Assembly (NCBI GenBank): GCA_051005695.1
Contig: JBPCJC010000046.1
Span: forward strand, 106,772-170,771
Direction of reading: 5' to 3'
Length of the DNA: 64,000 nucleotides
DNA from: Chthoniobacterales bacterium
GTDB taxonomy: Bacteria; Verrucomicrobiota; Verrucomicrobiia; Chthoniobacterales; UBA10450
The notes under the pieces are model-generated. The model did not search any database and was not told the origin of the DNA. It was given only the letters and a program-made list of their open reading frames with translations. A program made the translations under genes and the position numbers. Position 1 is the first letter of the stretch, and every line of letters starts with the position of its first letter. Of the stretch, positions 54,890-63,522 are shown one piece after another.

Positions 54890-57800
54890 TTATGGAATTG
54901 TCGAGCCGCTTCTGGACTTGACGATCACGATGTCACCAATATTGATCGCGCCATCAAGGTTCAGGTCCCTGCGGAAGGTCGCTGCCGTAACCGCGCTTCC
55001 TGAGCTGCTTTTCACCTGGCCGATGTCGCCGATGTCGACCGACTTGTTGCCGGTCGTATCTCCGGTAAGAAAACCGAGGGGCACTGAGAACGTAGAGGCC
55101 AACGTCATGCCGTTCGAATCCGTGACCCCGGAAATGGACAGGGTTCCAGTCTGGTCGTCGCTGACGTTGGTCAGCTGGACCGTCAGGTCGGTGCCGCTGG
55201 CGGTAAATGAACCGACGGAGCCGGATCCCGGCCCGGCCGGCGCTCCTCCGGGACCTGTCCCGCCGCTACCCGGAGTGAAGGTCACGGTAGCTCCGGCCTG
55301 ACTAGCTGCGAGGGTGTTTGTGAAGCGGACAACAATGGCGAAGTCACCGGGCGCGCCGGTGGTAGCTGCTCCGCGGCGAGGCTCCACGCCTCCGCCCGCG
55401 AGAGGCATGTTCACGTCAAAGGTGCCGGCTGTGCCGTGACTCTTCCGCGAGGCGACTGATAACACGGTCGGGGCGGCGGCGCCGGAAGCGGTCACCGAAG
55501 CATCGTACCACCCACGCCCGTGAGTGGCCGCACGGATGATGCGGCTCGGGTTCTGAATCGCAAGACCGAAAACGGCGACCCGCGGGATGCCTGAGAGATA
55601 TTGAGTCCAGGTAGCGCCACCGTTGCTGGACTTATAAACTCCGATGTCCGTCCCGACATAGATGTCAGTCGAAGCTCGGGAAGAAGACCCACTTTGCGGA
55701 TCAATCGCGATCGAATCGACCGGAACGTCTGGCAGTCCGCTCGAAGCGCTGCTAAATGAGACCGCACCTCCACCAGTTAGCTGATCCAGGTTACCAGTCT
55801 TAAATACGTGGGCCCTCGGTGCCGCGGGCGTGCCGAAGCCGCCATAGGCGACGTAGGCGATGTTCTTGTTATTCGGATCAATCAGGACGCGGGTTACAGG
55901 ACCTGTAGGAGTATTAGTCGGCCCATTCGTGGCGCCAGGGCCGGCGATCTGCACGAGAGCACCGCCCGTGGTGGTGGCGAAAACAAATCCATTATTGGTT
56001 GTTCCTAGGATGCGGACGTTATCGTCCTGCGGGGAGATGGCGATGTCAGTGACGAAGTCACCGAGGAATGAGCCAGCGGTTGTGGTGTCAGCTCTATCGG
56101 TGGAGCGATACAGCTTGTCGGTGCCGAAATACCAGGTGTTGGGATTGCCCGGCCCTAGAGTCATGGGCGCGTAGAATAGGACGTTATCCGTCAGCGCGAT
56201 GCCATTAAAGGTATCCTGGGTGCCGTCGCAATAGACGGTTGTGGTATCGAGAGCTCCGCCGTAGATGCCATGGAACGACCATTCTCCCTCGGTAGCACAC
56301 GGGTTGTTCAGAACACGCCCCGATCCGATAAGATTATTGGTCTGATTAAAGTAGGTGTGATACTGGACGACGTTGGTCGTGTCCGTCGCATTTTGATCAA
56401 TAAGGGTGTAGCCGCCATCGCCGAAGTCTACCCGAAAGTCGCTTCCATCTGGACGTTGTTGCTCAGTGCCATTATCTTGCGAACCAGAAATGGTAAAGTT
56501 CCCATCGATCGGATGGAGAGCAATCCCTTCGAACTGCGTGGCACTAAACCCGGCGGTGTTTCGCGACACCCAATTGTTTCCCCCGTCGGCTGATCTCCAG
56601 ATCCCGCCGTCGTTTCCATGATAGATAACGCTCCCATCGGCAGGCGTGGCCGCGTAGATGATCGCATGGACGTCAGCGTGCAGCCCGGCGGTGATGGCAG
56701 GCGGTGCGGGCGGACTGGGATCGATAGTAAAGGTAGTCCCTCCGTCAGTAGACCGGCGGAAGATTCGATTGCCCGCTTGACCACCGACGCTGACGTTGTT
56801 CGCGTTATTCGGATCTACGCCCACAGAGAGATCATAAAAGCCTTGGCCGCCCGCGAAGCCGTCCGCGCCAGTTAGACGAACAAAATTCGCGCCGCCGTCA
56901 ATGGATTTGTATAAGGTGCCGGATGATTGGTCAGCCGTCGCATAGACAGTCACAACAGGCGTAGCGCCGCCGGTCGTCTGAATCGCGAGCTTCGAGTTGA
57001 TAAAATTCGGAAGGGCGAGGCTCTGCGTGAAGGTGGGTGTCGCCGCCAGCGCATTAGCAGATCGGTAAACACCTGCAGGATCAGTTGCGCCCTGGCTGTA
57101 AAAAACTGCGACCAGGTTGTTGGGAGTGCCCGGCTCGATAACTAGCGAGGTGCAAATCGTGTTCGTACTTGTTCCAGCTACTTGTAGGCGCGTCCAAGTA
57201 GGGCTTCCCGAAGTCGCGTTCGTCGAGCGGTAAAGACCGCGCCTCGGCGTGATCGAATTAATCGTGCTCCGAATTCCGCCAATACCAGACGAGGTCGCAA
57301 CGAAGACATTGTTTGCATTCGTTGAGTCCACCCCGATGGCAACGATCGAGCGGCCCGTGAAGATATCAGAGCCGGCAGGGACGCCGCCAGCCGGGTCGCT
57401 GCCCGAGGCGGCGTTGAATGGGCCGCTAACCACTGGACTGCCGCCGTTGGCTGCGGTGATGATGTAGAAACCGGATCCAAAGAAACTGTCCCCCGAAAGA
57501 TTTCCCTCACCGGTGCCAACAAACAGTCTGGTGCGATCCGTCGGATCAATCGTCACCGAGCCAATCGCGAGAGGATTTCCGCCGCCTACTGAAGGTGCGG
57601 TGGCGTTGTCCATCAAGGGAGTCCAGGTAGCCCCGCCGTCGAGCGTCCGGTAAAGTCCACCTTGCGCCGCACCGACGTAGGCGATATTCGCATCGGTCGG
57701 GTCGATCGCGATTGAGGTAACACGACCGCTCACCGGATCGACTCGGCCTTGAGTCTGCCCATTAGGGATCGGCGCGGGCCCAATGAAGGTCCAACCAGTC

Positions 57801-58069
57801 ACAATTCCTCGATCCCCTTTGGCGTGCTTTTGAGATTGGGAGATCGCAGGAACGCTCCGCGGTTGCGGTGCCTGCGGCAACTCGGTGGATGCAGGAAAAT
57901 TTTCGATTAATTTCTCCGCGGGAGACTCGCGAAAATCGTTGTCGCCACCCTCCGCATCGCGCGGCGCCCAAGGAATGGCCGATGCTAAACTGCCGGAAAG
58001 AACAAGGCCCAACAGGGTAGGCAGAACGCGCGACGTGAAGGAATTTGGATAAAGCTTTCGTGGATTCAT
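54890..58069 (-). CDS. Large secreted multi-BNR/Asp-box beta-propeller protein with a C-terminal SRKSHG + degenerate dockerin-like module.
   Basis: Signal peptide after the Met at 58069: MNPRKLYPNSFTSRVLPTLLGLVLSGSLASA. Asp-boxes: RTLDGGATW, KSIDGGANF, RSTDGGTTF, RSADGGNNW, KSSNGGATW. C-terminus: VASRKSHGTAGTFDVNMPL...GDTTGNKSVDIGDIGQVK...DLNLDGAINIGDIVIVK. Confidence 0.8.
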   Translation of the reverse strand: MNPRKLYPNSFTSRVLPTLLGLVLSGSLASAIPWAPRDAEGGDNDFRESPAEKLIENFPASTELPQAPQPRSVPAISQSQKHAKGDRGIVTGWTFIGPAPIPNGQTQGRVDPVSGRVTSIAIDPTDANIAYVGAAQGGLYRTLDGGATWTPLMDNATAPSVGGGNPLAIGSVTIDPTDRTRLFVGTGEGNLSGDSFFGSGFYIITAANGGSPVVSGPFNAASGSDPAGGVPAGSDIFTGRSIVAIGVDSTNANNVFVATSSGIGGIRSTINSITPRRGLYRSTNATSGSPTWTRLQVAGTSTNTICTSLVIEPGTPNNLVAVFYSQGATDPAGVYRSANALAATPTFTQSLALPNFINSKLAIQTTGGATPVVTVYATADQSSGTLYKSIDGGANFVRLTGADGFAGGQGFYDLSVGVDPNNANNVSVGGQAGNRIFRRSTDGGTTFTIDPSPPAPPAITAGLHADVHAIIYAATPADGSVIYHGNDGGIWRSADGGNNWVSRNTAGFSATQFEGIALHPIDGNFTISGSQDNGTEQQRPDGSDFRVDFGDGGYTLIDQNATDTTNVVQYHTYFNQTNNLIGSGRVLNNPCATEGEWSFHGIYGGALDTTTVYCDGTQDTFNGIALTDNVLFYAPMTLGPGNPNTWYFGTDKLYRSTDRADTTTAGSFLGDFVTDIAISPQDDNVRILGTTNNGFVFATTTGGALVQIAGPGATNGPTNTPTGPVTRVLIDPNNKNIAYVAYGGFGTPAAPRAHVFKTGNLDQLTGGGAVSFSSASSGLPDVPVDSIAIDPQSGSSSRASTDIYVGTDIGVYKSSNGGATWTQYLSGIPRVAVFGLAIQNPSRIIRAATHGRGWYDASVTASGAAAPTVLSVASRKSHGTAGTFDVNMPLAGGGVEPRRGAATTGAPGDFAIVVRFTNTLAASQAGATVTFTPGSGGTGPGGAPAGPGSGSVGSFTASGTDLTVQLTNVSDDQTGTLSISGVTDSNGMTLASTFSVPLGFLTGDTTGNKSVDIGDIGQVKSSSGSAVTAATFRRDLNLDGAINIGDIVIVKSRSGSTIP

Positions 58070-58372
58070 TTTAAAAGATTCGGGAAATAGATCTCGGCGG
58101 ATTTTCGTTAAATTATGAGCGATCGCGGAATCTTTTAACGACCGAGGCCGCAACCTAGCAAGGGTTTTTACATTACGTTTATGCAATTATGTGATTTGGT
58201 CTCGAGACTGGTATCGGGGCTACCACTTCCGCTTCGGAGCCGGCGAGTCGGCCATCGTTGTTGCTCTCGTTCCATCGCCCGAGTGTCGCCCGAAATACGA
58301 CTGTCTCCGATGGCATTCGTATTTGATAATGAGCGACGCGGCCGCGGAAAAAGAAAGCGGGTTAGCGAATGC

Positions 58373-61300
58373 CTATGGAAGCGGAGCGGCCACCGCGGCT
58401 TGCACGTTGATGAAGCCGAAGCCATCCAGCTTGGAGTAACCCGCGCCGATGCGGTTATTGATCGTGCCCGTGAAAGTCGATCCATCTCCAAGCGTGCCGC
58501 TGAAGGTCATGCCATTGTTGATTACGTTGCCTTCCGGAATCAGCACCCCGCCGCCAAACAGGTCGGCGCTGTAGTTCGTGGAGTTAGTCCCTGAAGGAAC
58601 CACCGAGGAGTGTTGAATCGCGCGACCGACGGTGAATTTGAGGATTTTGCCGCCCGTGAAGTTGTTGTTGGGGAATGCAAGTGACATCGTCCACGTCTGC
58701 GTAGTCGAGGGCGCCGGTGGCGTGCCGCTGAAGGTCGCGACCGCGTCCGCCTGCACGAGACCCACCGAGCCGGTGCCGACAGTAAACGCCTTCGTGGCGT
58801 TCGCAAAGACGAGGCCAGGGAAGGAGTTGTTCGTGTAGGCGTTGGTCAGATCGAGCCCGTTGTTGCCCGCGGTCGGGTTACCGGCATGCGCGGCGTCCGC
58901 CGGCTGGTTGAAGACCAGACTGCTGATAAAGCTTGGCCCGACGTAGGAGACGGCCAAAGCATTGGTGTCGTTTCCGCCGGTGCTGTTGTTGGATTCGTTG
59001 TCGCTCCCAAAGCTCAGGGTCACTTTGCCGCCGCTAGGGATTGCACGGGCTGTGCCACTGGAGTAATTCGGATCGAGATCGTGCGGGTAGGCTGTGGTCT
59101 GCAGAATCTTGGTCATCTGCGATGGCGTAACGCTGAAACGTCCACCATGCGCTTCCAAGACAAGCAACGCACAGGCTGCGGCGTGCGGTGCGGCCGCGCT
59201 CGTGCCGAAGAAGTTCGCGGCGGCGTCGTAGTCCGAAGAGCTATCGGAACCCAAACCAGCCGCGCCTTCATTAACGGAAATGTTAGCTCCGTCGCAGGCC
59301 GCCACTCGCGGCTGCAGGCGAATCTCCGGAGTCGCAAGTGGGTTTTGATTGGCGTCGAAGAAGATCGTCGCCGGTCCCGGCGAAGTAAAGTTCTCGGGAA
59401 TATTCGGACGAAACGGGCTGTAGGCAGCCGTACCGTTGCAACCTACAGCAATGGCGTGGCCGCTCGTGGTCACTGTATTATAGGTGAAATATTCCGCCGG
59501 CCCGATGCCCGACACTCCGTTGCCCGGAATTTGGTAGCGAAGGCGCGTCGGAGACGTCGGGGCTGATCCCGCGGCCCGCGCGATCACATATTGGACCTGA
59601 GTCTGGCCACTCGGACGCAAAGTGGCACCGAGTTGAATCGGCTGGTTGGTGGCGGTGGTGTCAGCCGTAAGAGAGCTAGTGGAGATATAGGCGCCGGTGG
59701 TCAAATTGAAGACCAACAAGCTCAAACGGTCAGGAATAGGACTGGCAAAACCAGAGGCCGATCGGACCAAGAGGGTAAACTGCCCGGTTGTGGTGCTGAA
59801 ATGCCCCACCTTGACGACGAACCCGGTATCGTTTGCAGGCGCATAGAACCGGACAACCTCATCGGTGCCGGTATCCTGCGGGCCAGCGATAACTGTAGTG
59901 CCATCCGACTTATAGACCGTAATGATGCCATCAAAGGTGCTGCCGGCAGTCGCGGTTTCGGCAACCTCATATAGAGTCCCCTGTGTGATGGTGCCCGGCA
60001 CCGCGTACGACTTATCTGCATTCGTATAGGTGTCGGTAGTCATGAAAAGAGTCGCAGTGTAAGTGGGCGAGGTATTTTGATCGTAAGGGTTATTCCACTG
60101 CAAGACCGTTGGAGGTTCGTTGGCATTCGAAGCAATGTTGACAGTTTGCGCTACGTCTAGCTGTCCAGTGTTCGGGTTAAAATTATGGAAGCCGCCCGCA
60201 TATAAGGCCGGAGGCACGTTCGCCAGGTTAATGTTGGTCCCGGCTAACGCGGTGTTCCCAGCCGCGGCGGATAAACCCGTGCCGTTAGCTACCCAGCGAG
60301 TGTCGGAATCGTAGCCATTGATACCGATATCGTTAGCGGCTGAAGAGAAATAGGACACTCCGGCCGCCGCTACGTCATTGACGCCCGCGCCGATGATGCC
60401 GTCTTCAAAGAAAGGCTCATCGAAATAGCCCACGTCATCACAGATCACATCCGCGGCATAGGTCTGTCCCGGAAGCGTCGCGGGCCCGAAGCCCGCAAGA
60501 CCACGGATATTATTGGCAAAGCCAACCTCGCCGCCATCAGCGGTTGCGTAGCCCACTTTGGCCTTCGGCGCCATATGGTAGACGATCTGGCACATGCCGC
60601 GCCCTTCGTCGTCGCTGCTCGTGCTAGCCAGGTCATCCTGAAGCACAAAGACCGGGGTGTTGTTACCGACGGGATTGCTCCCGCTACCCGGCAAGTCGTT
60701 GTTGGAGACGTCGAGAGAAGCAGGGTGAGCGGTATTGGCCGCGAAGCTATTCGAGAGGCAAGCGATGCTCATGTTTGCGCCCTCGAAATCGACCGGCGCG
60801 CCAGCATTGTAGTAACGGTTGATCCCATCGACCCGGTGCTGGATAACGCCTTGATCGAAGAATGTCCCAAGATTCGGATAAATCTGACCAACGGTGGCGC
60901 TGCCTACCGGGCCGCGTGACTTGGACGTCTCGACAGCCTTTTGGTCGACTTTATTGTGGCGCGGACGGAGTTCCAAAATGACCGAGCGGACCCCTTTCAT
61001 TTGCGCCAGCGCCGGGACGTCGTCGATGGAGACATAGGCGTTCGCGACACCGACGCCGCGATATGCCTTGTCGACGGCCGTCACCGTCAAAGTGCTAATC
61101 GCTTTGCTCAGCCCGCTGATCGTGTCATCAACAGTCATTTGACCATCGAAATTAATGCGTACCAAGAGACGATCTTGCGCATCCGTCAGCGCGAGATTTG
61201 CCAAGATGGCATTCTCTTCCGTGGTATAGCTCTTCCCGTCCTGACCGCGGACAGAATTGATTTTTGCTCGCTTGGAGGCTGCCTGTAGATCGAGATGGCT

Positions 61301-61417
61301 CTGGACCAGGCGATCGAGACCGTTGCCCAAATTTGCAGGCACTGGCTTGGCATAAAGGGAACCGGCCGCGATCCCGAAGGAGACCGCGACAATAGAAAAA
61401 CGTAATGGGATATTCAT
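58373..61417 (-). CDS. Secreted subtilase-like (S8/S53-type) serine peptidase with large beta-rich C-terminal domains.
   Basis: Signal peptide: MNIPLRFSIVAVSFGIAAGSLYA. Serine motif: FFGTSAAAPHAAACALLVLEAHG. Upstream: DEGRGMCQIVYHMAPKA, VICDDVGYFDEPFFEDG, FSSAANDIG. Catalytic Asp/His assignment not verified. Confidence 0.6.
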   Translation of the reverse strand: MNIPLRFSIVAVSFGIAAGSLYAKPVPANLGNGLDRLVQSHLDLQAASKRAKINSVRGQDGKSYTTEENAILANLALTDAQDRLLVRINFDGQMTVDDTISGLSKAISTLTVTAVDKAYRGVGVANAYVSIDDVPALAQMKGVRSVILELRPRHNKVDQKAVETSKSRGPVGSATVGQIYPNLGTFFDQGVIQHRVDGINRYYNAGAPVDFEGANMSIACLSNSFAANTAHPASLDVSNNDLPGSGSNPVGNNTPVFVLQDDLASTSSDDEGRGMCQIVYHMAPKAKVGYATADGGEVGFANNIRGLAGFGPATLPGQTYAADVICDDVGYFDEPFFEDGIIGAGVNDVAAAGVSYFSSAANDIGINGYDSDTRWVANGTGLSAAAGNTALAGTNINLANVPPALYAGGFHNFNPNTGQLDVAQTVNIASNANEPPTVLQWNNPYDQNTSPTYTATLFMTTDTYTNADKSYAVPGTITQGTLYEVAETATAGSTFDGIITVYKSDGTTVIAGPQDTGTDEVVRFYAPANDTGFVVKVGHFSTTTGQFTLLVRSASGFASPIPDRLSLLVFNLTTGAYISTSSLTADTTATNQPIQLGATLRPSGQTQVQYVIARAAGSAPTSPTRLRYQIPGNGVSGIGPAEYFTYNTVTTSGHAIAVGCNGTAAYSPFRPNIPENFTSPGPATIFFDANQNPLATPEIRLQPRVAACDGANISVNEGAAGLGSDSSSDYDAAANFFGTSAAAPHAAACALLVLEAHGGRFSVTPSQMTKILQTTAYPHDLDPNYSSGTARAIPSGGKVTLSFGSDNESNNSTGGNDTNALAVSYVGPSFISSLVFNQPADAAHAGNPTAGNNGLDLTNAYTNNSFPGLVFANATKAFTVGTGSVGLVQADAVATFSGTPPAPSTTQTWTMSLAFPNNNFTGGKILKFTVGRAIQHSSVVPSGTNSTNYSADLFGGGVLIPEGNVINNGMTFSGTLGDGSTFTGTINNRIGAGYSKLDGFGFINVQAAVAAPLP

Positions 61418-61462
61418 AAAACGGCTAAGAGATGTCAGGATAGATGTAGAAATGATTTCCGG

Positions 61463-62155
61463 TTAGGCCTCATTGCGGGAAGAAATCCAGCGCTTGCTCG
61501 CGAAGCGACCGGCGAGGACAAGCAGCACCAGAGCGGTGGTCGAAGGTTCCGGGACCGCGGCAGTTGCCGAACTACTGAGGAAGATAGAGTAGGCACCCAT
61601 CTCGCCAAAACCGGCGGCGCTATTGAACCCAGAGAGGGTGTTGGGATTGAGACCGGCGGCTGGTCCACGCACCGCTGTGGAATCACCGCCCGGATACGGA
61701 GCGAAGAGCAGCTGGCCATTCAAGTTCATCGGTTCATTGCCGGAGAGGCTAATCCCGAGAATGTAGGTCCCAGCGCTCAAGGAGACGGTGAAGCTGGAGC
61801 CGGCCGGCAGAGTTGATTGCAGGGTCATTCCGCTGGCATCGTCGTTGGTCGAAATCGGCACTCCACCGTTAGTGAAAAGGAAAAGCGCAGTGTCCAGGGT
61901 AGAACCGCCGAAGGTCGTAGCTGAGAAAGTGGTCGGTGCCGTGATCGTGAAAAGGTAGAGATCGGCATCGTTGATCCCGGAGATATTGCCCGAAATAGTG
62001 CTTAAGGGATTGCCGCTCGATGCCCCGGTAGCTTGTACCGTCCCTAAAGTCTGACCAGCATCGCCCGTCTCGTTATAGGTTTGACCCCGAGCGGCGGCAG
62101 CCGTCAAGGCAAGGGCCACGAAAGTGGCAGACCACAGGTGTAGTTTTGTGCGCAT
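61463..62155 (-). CDS. PEP-CTERM protein with a PPC-like (pre-peptidase C-terminal-type) beta-sandwich.
   Basis: Signal peptide: MRTKLHLWSATFVALALTAAAARG. NDADLYLFTI motif. C-terminus: AVPEPSTTALVLLVLAGRFASKRW. Confidence 0.8.
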   Translation of the reverse strand: MRTKLHLWSATFVALALTAAAARGQTYNETGDAGQTLGTVQATGASSGNPLSTISGNISGINDADLYLFTITAPTTFSATTFGGSTLDTALFLFTNGGVPISTNDDASGMTLQSTLPAGSSFTVSLSAGTYILGISLSGNEPMNLNGQLLFAPYPGGDSTAVRGPAAGLNPNTLSGFNSAAGFGEMGAYSIFLSSSATAAVPEPSTTALVLLVLAGRFASKRWISSRNEA

Positions 62156-62405
62156 AAATATACAGTTGAGTATGAACTGAAGTGTGATCCACGCGAACAC
62201 GAGAACTCAATCCTCGCCGAGCACTCTCCGGTGGCTACGTTTATTGGCGGCAGAGCGTCTATGCCCGTCACGGCGCCGTCAACACAATTTGGGTGCGATA
62301 GAAAATAATTATTTCGGACTTCCCCATACCAATGAAAGAGCCGGCGAATCTCACCCGCATTCAGACTTTTTCGGACCATCGAAATGCCGCCGAATCGGAA
62401 GCGAA

Positions 62406-62891
62406 TTAAGGGTAACTAAAGCGATAAAACCGGCGCGAAAATCTTGCCGCGTCCGGGTCTGCGAATTGCAAACTGCCGTCACTCGCGGCGGTAAGAGTCG
62501 CTCTTGGACTAAAGCCGGTTAGCAGATCGGTTGTGGCCTCGACGGTGTAACGCTGCGAGGGCGCGCCCAGACCCCGGATCCGCATCTCCCCATTTTCCAA
62601 TTCGGTGATGGAGGTAATCTGCAAAGGGGGCAAAATCGGGGTAAGCAGAAATGCGTGCGTCTCCGCTCCGAACTTGCCCACTCCGGTGATCTGGCCGCGA
62701 TCATTGATCGCGCGCGCGTCCATCAGAATCCAACCGCTCCCGGTCGCGATCAGGTGATTGAGATCCTGCATGCCATATGAAGTAGTAAAGACAAACGCGT
62801 GCTGCGTGCTGTTGTTACATTGTACGTGAACTGCGCCTGCGCCAATGAAGTGACCCAGAGGAACAGCCCGTACATCGGCCATCGAAACCAT
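62406..62891 (-). CDS. HAF-repeat extracellular protein fragment (start uncertain; possibly truncated).
   Basis: HAFVFTTSYGMQDLNHL...ARAINDRGQITGVGKFGAETHAFLLTP matches the HAF-family extracellular repeat pattern. There is no signal peptide at any candidate start. The longer track ORF (to 63245) would overlap ptsN on the opposite strand. Confidence 0.4.
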   Translation of the reverse strand: MVSMADVRAVPLGHFIGAGAVHVQCNNSTQHAFVFTTSYGMQDLNHLIATGSGWILMDARAINDRGQITGVGKFGAETHAFLLTPILPPLQITSITELENGEMRIRGLGAPSQRYTVEATTDLLTGFSPRATLTAASDGSLQFADPDAARFSRRFYRFSYP

Positions 62892-63045
62892 TTCATGCGG
62901 CGATGAAGTTAGCGCCCTGTTAGGTTCTCGCCAGGGCCGTTGGCACGGCCTCGTCTTCGCAACGCAGCCCTCCTGTTCGGGGCCCAAATCACGCTTGTCA
63001 TCAGAGGGGCTCACAGTAAGCTTGCCCTCCCAAATCGGGAACTGC

Positions 63046-63510
63046 ATGTCGTTGGCTAGCCTATTATCCGCCGAGCAAATCATTCCGGAGATGAAGGCCA
63101 CTGAACGCTGGCCCGCCATCGTCGAGTTGATCGAATTGCTCATTCGGCTGGATAAAATCAAAGGCGAAGACCGCGAGAGCATCCTCGCTTCGCTCAAGCA
63201 GCGCGAGGAAACCATGAGCACCGGGATCGGCTTCGGCATTGCCATCCCCCACGCTTCCTCCGAGCGGATCGACGACGTCGTCGCCGCCTTCGGCCGCTCC
63301 TCCGCTGGGATCGAATTCGACGCGCTCGATAACGCTCCGGTGAAATTCGTCGTCCTCTTCGTCGTTCCGAAAAACCAGTTTCAAACTCATCTCCGCACTC
63401 TCGCTTCGATCGCTAAGTTCCTGAACGATCGCGCGACGCGTGACAGCCTCGCCGCCGCCGGCTCCGCGGAGGAAATTCTCGCGATCTTCCGCGACCGCCC
63501 GCAGAAGTAA
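63046..63510 (+). CDS. ptsN: PTS EIIA-Ntr type protein (nitrogen regulatory IIA).
   Basis: MSLASLLSAEQIIPEMKA...ETMSTGIGFGIAIPHASS carries the phospho-His context. About 154 aa, a single EIIA(Fru/Mtl/Ntr) domain. Confidence 0.8.
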   Translation: MSLASLLSAEQIIPEMKATERWPAIVELIELLIRLDKIKGEDRESILASLKQREETMSTGIGFGIAIPHASSERIDDVVAAFGRSSAGIEFDALDNAPVKFVVLFVVPKNQFQTHLRTLASIAKFLNDRATRDSLAAAGSAEEILAIFRDRPQK

Positions 63511-63522
63511 GCGCGCGGTCGC

